A stretch of 32,000 nt of DNA, taken from assembly GCA_038889235.1 (NCBI GenBank), contig JAWAHN010000001.1, positions 554,499-586,498 on the forward strand. Reading direction: 5' to 3'. Numbering within the stretch: the first letter of the stretch is position 1; each line of letters begins with the position of its first letter. The DNA comes from Candidatus Jordarchaeales archaeon (GTDB lineage Archaea; Asgardarchaeota; Jordiarchaeia; Jordiarchaeales; Freyrarchaeaceae). Under the pieces are notes generated by a model. The model was not told where the DNA came from. It made no database searches and worked only from the letters and a program-made list of their open reading frames with translations. The position numbers and the translations under genes were made by a program. Shown piece by piece: positions 16,965 to 25,769 of this stretch.

Positions 16965-18312
16965 CAGAAATAGCCTCCATAATTTTTTTCATGACGAAAA
17001 AGTGGTTTAAAAATGTGTCAGAGTTCATGCGGGGGATTTTCATTCCCCTGTCTATCGCTTCCCACTCTTCTAGGAAGCGTTTGAGCTGCTTGCGTCTCAT
17101 TTCAGGGATAATTTCGACGAGTAAATCTATTACCTTGTTAACGTCGTACTCTTTGAGCTTAAACCTCTTCACCACGTGTCTCTTCATTCTTCTGTAGAGC
17201 AGTTTTAGTGCGTAGCTGTACTGCTTGCCCTCTTTATACAATCTGAGTTTCTCGGCGAGTAAGGTTTTCCCCCTTTTGAGGTAAACTGCTGTTGGACCCA
17301 TCTCTTTCGGTTTACCTCTCGGTAGCCACTTCCAGACGGAGAAAACTATGATGATGGGGTATATTGGAGCCAGAAGCCAGTTGGCGCTAGCCCAGTTGAT
17401 GTAGCCGATGATGCTGCCAAAAAGTTTGTCGTAGGAGTACGCTGTGGTTAAGTGTGCTTCGTCAAAAATGACCAGATTGCCCCCACTGCCCGTATCTTTC
17501 TTCGAAAGCCAGTTGATGACGTTAATTATGAAACGGGCATTATCGCCTCTCACTATCATGTCGTTGGTAAAAATGCTGGGGTCGCTTATTAGGACTATCC
17601 TACCTTTGCCAACTGCCTGTCCTCCGATGATAATTTTTTCGAGGTCGTAGGCGGCAACTACCACGGCGGGTTCTATTAAGAGGTCAGGATTTAGCGGTTC
17701 GATCTGCATGTTCTTATTGAGGTCGAGGAGGCCGATTGGTAGTGCCGCAACTTGGTTTTCAGGTGGTATGTTCCAGAGGGCCGTTGGGAAATTAAGTAGC
17801 AGGTTGTTCACACCTCTAAAAATCGGGTGCGAGGTGTTGAACACGTTAACGGTTGGGGCTGGAGTCCAAGTGGTTAATCCCCCTGTAGCGCTTCCGTAAA
17901 GAGGGGTATTGCAAAATAGTGGCGGAGGGAGACCTAATAGCGTGAAAAGTAGTACAGTGAAGAAGTTTCCAGTCCCGAAGTCGTCTGCGATGAGCAACCC
18001 ACCGCCCTTGCGGACAAAGTCCGCGAGCTCTAAAACCTCTATGGGGTGGGCGAGCGAGGAAGGAGCCAATATTACCATCGTGGATCCTTCGGTTCTACTC
18101 AGGACGCTGAGCGAGGAAAGGAGGGGGCGTACGTCATACCCGTTCCTGCTAAGCTCTACTCTAAACAAGAGGCAACCATTCCACGTCGGATTGTAAAGAG
18201 AGAAGTCTTGTAACTTCACATTCTGGGCGTGTCCAGGTATAACTGACAACACGAGTGGCGCCCACACCACTATGAACACGCATATGTAGACAATTGTTCT
18301 CAATTTAGCCAA
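16948..18312 (-). CDS. DUF4350-domain secreted/membrane-anchored protein
   Basis: N-terminal signal/TM, NPTWNGC, GGGLLIADDFG, GRIVLISDPSIFTNDMI, VIFDEAH, a second TM, then a basic helical tail. Overlaps both neighbours. Confidence 0.8.
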   Translation of the reverse strand: MAKLRTIVYICVFIVVWAPLVLSVIPGHAQNVKLQDFSLYNPTWNGCLLFRVELSRNGYDVRPLLSSLSVLSRTEGSTMVILAPSSLAHPIEVLELADFVRKGGGLLIADDFGTGNFFTVLLFTLLGLPPPLFCNTPLYGSATGGLTTWTPAPTVNVFNTSHPIFRGVNNLLLNFPTALWNIPPENQVAALPIGLLDLNKNMQIEPLNPDLLIEPAVVVAAYDLEKIIIGGQAVGKGRIVLISDPSIFTNDMIVRGDNARFIINVINWLSKKDTGSGGNLVIFDEAHLTTAYSYDKLFGSIIGYINWASANWLLAPIYPIIIVFSVWKWLPRGKPKEMGPTAVYLKRGKTLLAEKLRLYKEGKQYSYALKLLYRRMKRHVVKRFKLKEYDVNKVIDLLVEIIPEMRRKQLKRFLEEWEAIDRGMKIPRMNSDTFLNHFFVMKKIMEAISVGKRA

Positions 18313-21300
18313 TCAACACACTCCCCGTGACTTCCTTGTATATTTCGTTAAGTGTTTTCAAGGCTTCTTTGTAGTCGGAGTCTGTGACTGCGTGTCTGCT
18401 AAAGCGAGCCTTCTCGAATAGCTGCGTAATCGTGTTGGCTAGCTTGGGTGGTAGGCCGCTCTTCACCGCTTTCTTAGCCACATCGCGCGCCGTCTCATTG
18501 GGGAGCCGCTCTACTTTTAAGTAGACATTAAGGAGTTCCATGTACATCTTGTAAATCCGCATCACGGCTTCCCTGTAGTTACCTGCTTTAGCCAACTCGT
18601 CGAGTGCTTCAAGATTCCACGAGAGAACAGGCTTTTTAGCGCTGGCCGCCTTACCCTGTGAAACATACACGTAAAGTAGGATGATGAGTAGGAGGGACAA
18701 CACTCCCAGGATTACAAGCGGCAGTATTAGGGATGAAGAGTCAACTTGGAGAGCATTAAGTAGAACCAAAATATAACCTCCTGTTAATTCTTCTCTTAAG
18801 AGCAGAATTTCAATATATGCCTGGTTTCCAGTGTCGGCTGTAACATACAATTTAATGTATCCCTCAGAGGCGGTGTCAGGCACTTTAAACGTGAAGACAC
18901 CATTACCACTCTCGTCCGTTCTAAACGATCCTATGAGTGACATGTTCCAGTAGACGGTGAAATTGCGTCCAACTAACGGGTTGCCGTTAGGGTCACGTGC
19001 ATTAACGCTAATCGTTAAAGGCTTTCCGATAAAAGCTCGCGTAGGAACACGCGCTTCTATTGTTGCGTTATTAAAAACGTGGACTTTGACTTCGAACCGA
19101 GCTGGGCCAAACGTCTCGTTTCCAGGATATTCCACTACTAACATTGAAACTTGGTTCAATGGAAGAGAGGAGAGGTCCTCTGGTTCCAGTATGATGTTGA
19201 GATAACCGTTGTTATCCGTGGTGTTGCTTGAAAGAGCTAAGCCGTTATAGTACGCTGTGAAGTTTAATCCTCCGAGCGGTTCCCGTGATGCAGAGTCGAC
19301 GACACGGGCGATTATGAACGCACGTTCCCCCGGCATAAAGGAGCCTATTAAGTTAGAAGTCTGCTTGCTAATGGTTAGAGTTGAAACACTTGAATAGAAG
19401 AATGACAAAATTGTCACAGATGGTTTGACCTTCACTTGAACACTTACAATGTTGCTAACTCCACTAAACGTATCGTTGAGACTGACGGCGTGCACATCAT
19501 AGACTCCTGGGGCGATGTCTCTGGGGGTGGGTACGCTGCAGTTGAAGAAGCCGTTGTCATCAGTCCCCTTGCTTGCATTGTAGGAGTACGTGTAGCTAGC
19601 GTTAGAAAGCTTAAACTGAAGCGTTATATTTGCCGCGGGATTGCCGTATTCATCTGTGACGAATCCGCTGAACCACGCGGCTTCCCCTCTATAGACCTCC
19701 GCTGAGTAACTATTTATGAATATCAGTCCCCTGTTGTAGACCAGTATTCTTACGGTTACAGACTGTGACGGTAATATTCTTCCACCGGAATCTATTGTTC
19801 CTCCGAAATACGCGTAGGCATCATAGTATCCTGCTGACGGCACATTTACAGTAACGTTACAGATGTAGTTGCCATCTCCCGCGTACGTCGTAGCATACTC
19901 GTTTCCATTCCAGTTCACGTAAACATTTGCCATGTCTTCTATAGGTGACCCGCTTTCACTGTCTAACGATAGGTGTACCGTGAAGGAGAGCGATGTTCCA
20001 TTCTTAACGGCATTAGGCGGATTGAGCGCTAAGGTTATGTAGGATTGAGCGTAGACTTTGATTGACGCGGTGGGGGATTGGGCGGTTCCGAAGATTCCTT
20101 GGTACACTACTTGGAAGGTGTAGTCGGCTAGCGCTAATTCCGCGCTATTTGGGTAGGAATATTCGAAGTGGCCGGCATAATCAGTTGTATTAGTTGAAAC
20201 GGTTGAACCATTCATAAGTATCTGGATCTGCGTGAAGGGTATGCCTTTCACGGTTCCATTATAGTTTGGGTCGTACAACGTGCCGTTCACTTTGACTGTT
20301 CCCTTGCCTCGTATGAGAGTAGTGTAGTCTGTGTCTAGTGCCGGCTTTGTCGACTTCACCGTGGCATTTATGGATACAGTGTCGTTTAACACTATTTTTG
20401 CGGTGTAGTTGTAAGCTACTAACAGGCTTGAGCCTTCTGAGGAGTGTACTTTCGCGATAACCGTTAAGTTCCCCACCTTTACTTCTCTGCCAACCACTAT
20501 CTGAATAGTTACGCTGCCACTGCTTGTCGTCCCGCTCCCTTTATAATACTGTTGTTTCTCCCACGGATCGTAAACGTATATGCCCACTAAGAGGCCGTTT
20601 TGAGGGGTCATGTCTTTAGTCACCGCGACAGTCACATCGAACGGGTTTTCTCTCATCACAACGGGTGGAGCATATATTGAGACGTTAAAATTAGTGTGCT
20701 GAACGTTCGGGTCACTTCTTGGAAGCCGCTCCCACCACAGCAACCCCTCACTGAGCGCTATGACTGGTGGTAGTGGTTCAGGTGTTGGGTCAAAGGAAAC
20801 CCAGTATCCTTCATCGTCACTTGTCGGTATCCAGACTTCAGCCCAGGCGTGCACCAAAAAGCTATTTGCGATGTGGACCACATTGCCGTTAACCGTGCTA
20901 TTCACCGTAAGGTATCCTACGACCAGCCTTGCAGGTATGCCGAGGCTGCGCAGAGCCATTACGAAGGTTGATGCAAAGAGAACTGGCGTACCCGTCTTGT
21001 TTGTCAGAAGCCATAGTACTGGGTCACCATTAACTTGTCCTCCGTTCAAGAGAAGCGAGAAGTCGTAGATGTACTCACCAGAGGTAAGCCTATTAAGCAC
21101 GTTCAGCGCGGTTTCATATGCATTGGTTCCGTTCTCCACGGATCTCACAAAGCTTGTGAAGACTTCATTTGACTGGAGATCAGAGGGGATCTGCAGGTAC
21201 AAGTCAACTATTTCTTGCGGTATCCTAACTTCGGATGGCGATTTAGCGATGCTTCTTATAGTCGTTATGTTCAAGTTGTACGTCGCTACAGTGTAGCGGA

Positions 21301-22999
21301 TCGTTGAAGTCCCGCTCCTGGTGAATACTGCGTTTAGGTAGAGATTTCCGAGAGAATCTCTGAAGAGAGAAGCGCTAGCCATGTCTCCTTGAACAGAGGA
21401 GACCGTGTATCCTTCACCACTAAGAACATATGGTCCAGGGAATGGGAAGGGAAGGGCAGCAGTTAAGTTAACTTGGTGCTCTAGGTCTAGGAGGACCATG
21501 TAGTACCACGCCGCCCCATAAAGGTTCTCTAACTCCGTTTTGCTCCACGTTTGCAGCTCGTACATTGTCCTGTTGCTACATTTCCAGTCACCATCATAGT
21601 GGTCAAATGCCTTGAGCCGCCAGTAAACTAGCGGGGTTGAGGGGACTTCGGGTGTAGCGTTGAAAACTTGTCGATAAGCTCTGAGACCATAGGAGAACAG
21701 GGTTATCGGACCTAGAGTTCCTATAAGGTCTGGTGGTATATTGAATTGTTGATCGAACCACTCTGTTCCTGAGGGGGCCGTTATCGTTGGGGGTGGGGTT
21801 GGGTCAAAGGGGACCCAGACCCCTGAGCCGGACGTTGATGTTGGAACCCAGACTTCCGCCCACGCGTGAATGTTGTAGGCTCTTATAATGTACTTCAGTT
21901 TTCCACCTGAGTAATCTGCCTCAGCATACCCGTCATAGTACCCTATTACGAGACGTGCCGATACACCTAGGTGGCGGAGGGTCGTAACGAAGGTCGAAGC
22001 GAAATCTATGCATGTGCCCTCCTTGGCCTTAAGAAAGGCGACAACTGGATCCTCGTTTGGTAGAGGTCTTCCATTCAACAGAAGGGTTATGTTGTTCACG
22101 TATTTGCCCGATAAAAGCTCGGCTTGGACCGCTTGAGCCAACTCATAAGCATTCCGTCCCACCCCTCTGAAGTTTTGGGCGAAGCTTGTGAAGGTCGGGT
22201 TTGTAACGAGCTGGGAGGGAAGCTGGGTATATATGCTGCTTATTGCTGGTGGAGTGTACTGTGCGGGTAGCGCGTTGCCGGCAATCCACGCTAGGTTAGG
22301 TGGGATCCCGGCGACTTCGTAGACTATCTCGGAAGTCCTGCTCGAGGTAAAAATGAGAGTTACACGAGAATTGTTGTAATCATCCCGTTCTATTGTGAAG
22401 TTAATTAGGTCTCCTGAGAGCGACAATAAGCTCATGAAGTAGGGGTCAGGGTATAGCGTGGGAAGAACAGTCGACGTGAAGACATCGTGGCTCAGGTTCA
22501 TTCTAACTGTGAAAAATTGAGCAGTTGGTGGAAGAGAGGAGGGGGAGGACAAGTTTATTGGGTAGGTTACAAGCTGCGTCTTAAACCAGTCTCCCTCACC
22601 GTAGTAATCGAAAGTAGATACCTTCCAGTACTGATGGGGGTAGTTTGGATCACGCGGTTCCACCATCATTATCTCCATGTCGGGGGATGCAAGGCCAGAC
22701 GCGAAGCCATGGAATGGGGGCACATAGTCTATTGGAATATTTCGCAATTCCTCCGGCACCTTAAAAGGTGGAGGATTTCTATACGGCAATAGTTGGTTTA
22801 AGTCGGCTCTGAGAAATATTTGGGAGGAAAGAAGATAAGGCACGTGGTGGAAGTACTCTGGGAGAAATAGTTCCAGCATTTCAGAAAGGAAGCTTTTTTG
22901 ACTGTTTAAATTAGTGAACATAGAGTAAGCTGCAACTGCGCTTACAAGTAAAGAAACAATTATTATTACAGTTAGCGCCTTTTTCATGCTAGAAGTCAT
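18305..22999 (-). CDS. Large membrane-anchored surface protein with two tandem transglutaminase-like modules, Ig-like repeats, a C-terminal TM and a DUF4129-like tail
   Basis: N-terminal signal anchor. Module 1: YWKVSTFDYY...GTCIDFA..HAWAEVW..WVPFDPTP. Module 2: YWRLKAFDHY...GTPVLFA..HAWAEVW..WVSFDPTP. About 650 aa of beta-rich repeats, then TM LILPLVILGVLSLLLIILLYVYV and a NETARD..FEKARFS tail. Start is ATG 22999 after GGGAG (ORF track 23017). Confidence 0.9.
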   Translation of the reverse strand: MTSSMKKALTVIIIVSLLVSAVAAYSMFTNLNSQKSFLSEMLELFLPEYFHHVPYLLSSQIFLRADLNQLLPYRNPPPFKVPEELRNIPIDYVPPFHGFASGLASPDMEIMMVEPRDPNYPHQYWKVSTFDYYGEGDWFKTQLVTYPINLSSPSSLPPTAQFFTVRMNLSHDVFTSTVLPTLYPDPYFMSLLSLSGDLINFTIERDDYNNSRVTLIFTSSRTSEIVYEVAGIPPNLAWIAGNALPAQYTPPAISSIYTQLPSQLVTNPTFTSFAQNFRGVGRNAYELAQAVQAELLSGKYVNNITLLLNGRPLPNEDPVVAFLKAKEGTCIDFASTFVTTLRHLGVSARLVIGYYDGYAEADYSGGKLKYIIRAYNIHAWAEVWVPTSTSGSGVWVPFDPTPPPTITAPSGTEWFDQQFNIPPDLIGTLGPITLFSYGLRAYRQVFNATPEVPSTPLVYWRLKAFDHYDGDWKCSNRTMYELQTWSKTELENLYGAAWYYMVLLDLEHQVNLTAALPFPFPGPYVLSGEGYTVSSVQGDMASASLFRDSLGNLYLNAVFTRSGTSTIRYTVATYNLNITTIRSIAKSPSEVRIPQEIVDLYLQIPSDLQSNEVFTSFVRSVENGTNAYETALNVLNRLTSGEYIYDFSLLLNGGQVNGDPVLWLLTNKTGTPVLFASTFVMALRSLGIPARLVVGYLTVNSTVNGNVVHIANSFLVHAWAEVWIPTSDDEGYWVSFDPTPEPLPPVIALSEGLLWWERLPRSDPNVQHTNFNVSIYAPPVVMRENPFDVTVAVTKDMTPQNGLLVGIYVYDPWEKQQYYKGSGTTSSGSVTIQIVVGREVKVGNLTVIAKVHSSEGSSLLVAYNYTAKIVLNDTVSINATVKSTKPALDTDYTTLIRGKGTVKVNGTLYDPNYNGTVKGIPFTQIQILMNGSTVSTNTTDYAGHFEYSYPNSAELALADYTFQVVYQGIFGTAQSPTASIKVYAQSYITLALNPPNAVKNGTSLSFTVHLSLDSESGSPIEDMANVYVNWNGNEYATTYAGDGNYICNVTVNVPSAGYYDAYAYFGGTIDSGGRILPSQSVTVRILVYNRGLIFINSYSAEVYRGEAAWFSGFVTDEYGNPAANITLQFKLSNASYTYSYNASKGTDDNGFFNCSVPTPRDIAPGVYDVHAVSLNDTFSGVSNIVSVQVKVKPSVTILSFFYSSVSTLTISKQTSNLIGSFMPGERAFIIARVVDSASREPLGGLNFTAYYNGLALSSNTTDNNGYLNIILEPEDLSSLPLNQVSMLVVEYPGNETFGPARFEVKVHVFNNATIEARVPTRAFIGKPLTISVNARDPNGNPLVGRNFTVYWNMSLIGSFRTDESGNGVFTFKVPDTASEGYIKLYVTADTGNQAYIEILLLREELTGGYILVLLNALQVDSSSLILPLVILGVLSLLLIILLYVYVSQGKAASAKKPVLSWNLEALDELAKAGNYREAVMRIYKMYMELLNVYLKVERLPNETARDVAKKAVKSGLPPKLANTITQLFEKARFSRHAVTDSDYKEALKTLNEIYKEVTGSVLIG

Positions 23000-23251
23000 C
23001 GAAAACTCCCGCCACAAGGAAAGTTCAAGAGAAGAGCTTTAACTCTCTTTAAATAAGATTTATGGAAAAACCATTCATCATAGAAGATGATTAAAGTTAA
23101 GAGTAGATCATCGATTCCTTTTTCATGATAGAAAAGATGATTTTGGAAACGCTTCGTGTGAGAGTGAGTTTAGACAAAATTGGCTAACGAGTTAATTTTT
23201 TATGATAAGAATTTTTGCTAGAAGATTGGGGAGCGAGTACCTAGTTAGAGG

Positions 23252-23440
23252 AAAGGGACTGTCGGTGCGGTTGCAGGTGCCCTTTGCTAGTTATGTGTTT
23301 GGACTCTAAGGGGGTCTTCTGGCGAAGGCGGCGTTAAAGCTGCACTTGCAACTGCCAAGACAGCGAAATGGTTGCTATATGTGGCACTTTTAACGCCGTT
23401 AGCTATACTCGTTAGGCTTTCAATGGTTGTTTAAACCGTT
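23252..23440 (+). other. Structured GC-richer leader/ncRNA candidate upstream of the RNA methyltransferase gene
   Basis: Perfect 10-bp inverted repeat CGGCGTTAAA (23329-38) / TTTAACGCCG (23389-98), plus stems AAAGGG/CCCTTT (23252-57/23280-85) and AATGGTT/AACCGTT (23422-40). No convincing ORF. Confidence 0.35.
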
Positions 23441-23459
23441 AGGAAGGGAGGTGTAGCGT

Positions 23460-24797
23460 TTGACTGTCAGCCGAGAAGTGGCTGCAGAGGTTCTTCGTAG
23501 ATTTGAGGAGGGGAAGATGAAGCAGTCGCTTAGGTCTCTTCTTTACACTACCATAGAAGAGTTCGGTGTAAGTGATGTTAAGGTTAGGACTAGTATTTTT
23601 GGGCTAGTTATGGAAACCGTTAAGAGACTAAACACCTTGGACTTTATCCTTCAGAAAGTTGTTGGAGGAAAAGAGAAGTTTAAGCTGCTTGACCCCTTTA
23701 TTAAAAATTTGCTTAGGATAGCCACGTTGGAGATAAAGTTCAGCCATAGCCCGGTTGATGTTGAGAGGAAAGTGTATGGAATACTGTTGAGGAGAACTGA
23801 GAGGGAGAAAGCGGCTGAAGCGCGGAGAATAATAAAGAAAGTTAAGACGTTTTCTCTAGAAGAGGAATTGAGGGGAAAAAGTGAGCTTGAGAAAGCCAGC
23901 ATCCTTTACTCTCACCCGTCTTTCTTCGTCAAGAAGGTTATGGGTCTCCTTGGGGATGAGGCGTTTGAGCTTATGAAGGCGAACCTTTCAAGCAAGGTTA
24001 TATGGTTTAGAGTTAACAGGTTAAAGATGAATGTTGACGACGCGATTGCCATTTTTGAAAGGGACAGAGTTAAAGTGGAGAAAGATGAGGACTTTCCAGC
24101 TTTATTCCGGCTTGTCGACGCTGAAATTCCAATCCCCCTGACACCATACTTTGACGACAGGAGAATAATAGTCCAAGATAAGGCGAGCGTTGCAGCTGTT
24201 TACGCCCTTGATCCGCGTCCTGGTGAAAGAGTGCTTGATGCTTGCGCCGCTCCGGGCATGAAGACTGCGCTCATAGCTGAGCTTATGGAAGGAAAGGGAG
24301 AGCTTGTCGCAGTAGATATTTCGGCGGAGAGGGTGCGCCGCATGGAGCGCATACTAAACCTCTCAGGAGTCACTAATGTTAAAATAATGGTCGCAGATTC
24401 GAGGACTTTGACTGGAGAGTACGACAAAGTGCTTGTGGATGCTCCATGCACTTCGAGCGGAACTTTTGCTTCGACTCCAGAGGCAAAATGGAAGCTTGAC
24501 GAAAAAGACATAGAAAAGTACTCTTCGATCCAGAAGGAGCTGCTCAGCAACGCGCTGAGACTCGTGAGGGAGGGGGGCGTTGTGGTTTACTCTGTTTGCT
24601 CGATATTCCCGGAGGAGGGGGAAGAAGTTGTTGACAGTGTACTGGATAGAGCTGAGCTTGTTGACCTTAAAATTCCGGGAGTGAAAGGCTATGATGGCTA
24701 CGAGTGCTCGTCAAAAGTCAAGCGCTTCTTCCCGCATAAACACCGAACTAACGGGTTCTTTGTAGCGAAACTTGTAAGTATTGGAGGAAAAGTATAA
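23460..24797 (+). CDS. RsmB/NOP2/Sun-family RNA m5C methyltransferase
   Basis: NusB-like N-terminus, VQDKAS, LDACAAPGMKT (motif I), VDAPCTSSG (motif IV Cys), YSVCSI (motif VI Cys) and NGFFVAKL. GGGAGGTG SD. Confidence 0.93.
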   Translation: MTVSREVAAEVLRRFEEGKMKQSLRSLLYTTIEEFGVSDVKVRTSIFGLVMETVKRLNTLDFILQKVVGGKEKFKLLDPFIKNLLRIATLEIKFSHSPVDVERKVYGILLRRTEREKAAEARRIIKKVKTFSLEEELRGKSELEKASILYSHPSFFVKKVMGLLGDEAFELMKANLSSKVIWFRVNRLKMNVDDAIAIFERDRVKVEKDEDFPALFRLVDAEIPIPLTPYFDDRRIIVQDKASVAAVYALDPRPGERVLDACAAPGMKTALIAELMEGKGELVAVDISAERVRRMERILNLSGVTNVKIMVADSRTLTGEYDKVLVDAPCTSSGTFASTPEAKWKLDEKDIEKYSSIQKELLSNALRLVREGGVVVYSVCSIFPEEGEEVVDSVLDRAELVDLKIPGVKGYDGYECSSKVKRFFPHKHRTNGFFVAKLVSIGGKV

Positions 24798-24847
24798 GCG
24801 AAAAAGATAGTAATTTCCGACTGTGTGCTCTCGGAGAAGTGTTATTT

Positions 24848-25768
24848 ATGGAGTTTAAGGTAACTGTTGTAGTCCCGACTTATAACAGGGTCCGCCACGT
24901 TATCGAGTGCCTAAATAGTGTTTTCAGTCAGAAACCCGAATGGTGTGACGTTTTGGTCATAGATAACCTTTCGGATGATGGGACTAGCGAAGTCTTGGAG
25001 AAAATGTACGGCTGGCGTAGTGATTTCAGGCTTGTTTCTCCTCCGAGGAGGATAAGCATAGCTGAGGCGAGAAACTACGGATTAAGGGCGGCCAAGGGAG
25101 ATATAGTGGCTTTCATAGACGATGACTGCATAGCTTGTGAAGGGTGGCTTGAAAGGCTTATTTCCCCCCTTTTCTCAAACGACAAGGTGGGTTGTGTAGG
25201 GGGAAAGATTAGACCTGTTTTCCTTGAAACCCCTCCAAAGTGGATTAGGAGAGACATTTACGGGTTGTTAGGTCTGGCAGAGTGGGGGAATTCTGTTAAG
25301 GAGATCTATTTCCCAGTTGGAGGCAACATGGCTCTCAAGCGCAGGGTTGCGCTGGAGGTTGGAGGGTTCCAGGAGAAATTGGGCCCTGAAGGTATCAAGC
25401 TTTTCGGAGAGGAGATTAGTATTAGTGAAAGGCTGAGGAGGGCGGGTTACAAAGTGATTTACGAGCCAAGAGCCGTGGTTTTACACAAATTATGGGGAAA
25501 AAGACTTAATGTTGCGAGTGTCGCTGAGAGGGCTTACATGATAAGTATGGGAGACTACTTCCTCTTCGGGCGGAAACTAAGCAGAGTTGCAGTTAATATG
25601 GGCATACTTTTCGGCGCTTCGTTAGGGTACGTTTTCTATCATCAGAAGAACTTAGTCTGCCACATATTTTACGCGCTGGGATACCTTGTTCCGGCGCTCA
25701 CAAAACGTAAGCCTATTCTAACTTTAAGGAAACTTCTGTCGATTTTAAATAGACTGGTGGGGGGCTAA
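24848..25768 (+). CDS. Glycosyltransferase family 2 (non-processive, RfbF/WcaA-like)
   Basis: VVVPTYNR, IDNLSDDGT, ARNYGL, FIDDD (DxD), GGNMA, GEEISI and YEPRAVVLH. Confidence 0.9.
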   Translation: MEFKVTVVVPTYNRVRHVIECLNSVFSQKPEWCDVLVIDNLSDDGTSEVLEKMYGWRSDFRLVSPPRRISIAEARNYGLRAAKGDIVAFIDDDCIACEGWLERLISPLFSNDKVGCVGGKIRPVFLETPPKWIRRDIYGLLGLAEWGNSVKEIYFPVGGNMALKRRVALEVGGFQEKLGPEGIKLFGEEISISERLRRAGYKVIYEPRAVVLHKLWGKRLNVASVAERAYMISMGDYFLFGRKLSRVAVNMGILFGASLGYVFYHQKNLVCHIFYALGYLVPALTKRKPILTLRKLLSILNRLVGG

Positions 25769-25769
25769 C

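Noticed and set aside
23247-23260. RNase P RNA or SRP RNA call for the structured leader (GAGGAAAG resembles the RNase P P4 5' strand)
   Set aside because: The following UCC and a matching 3' P4 strand are missing, and there is no SRP helix-8 motif. No BHB or C/D box pair was found either.
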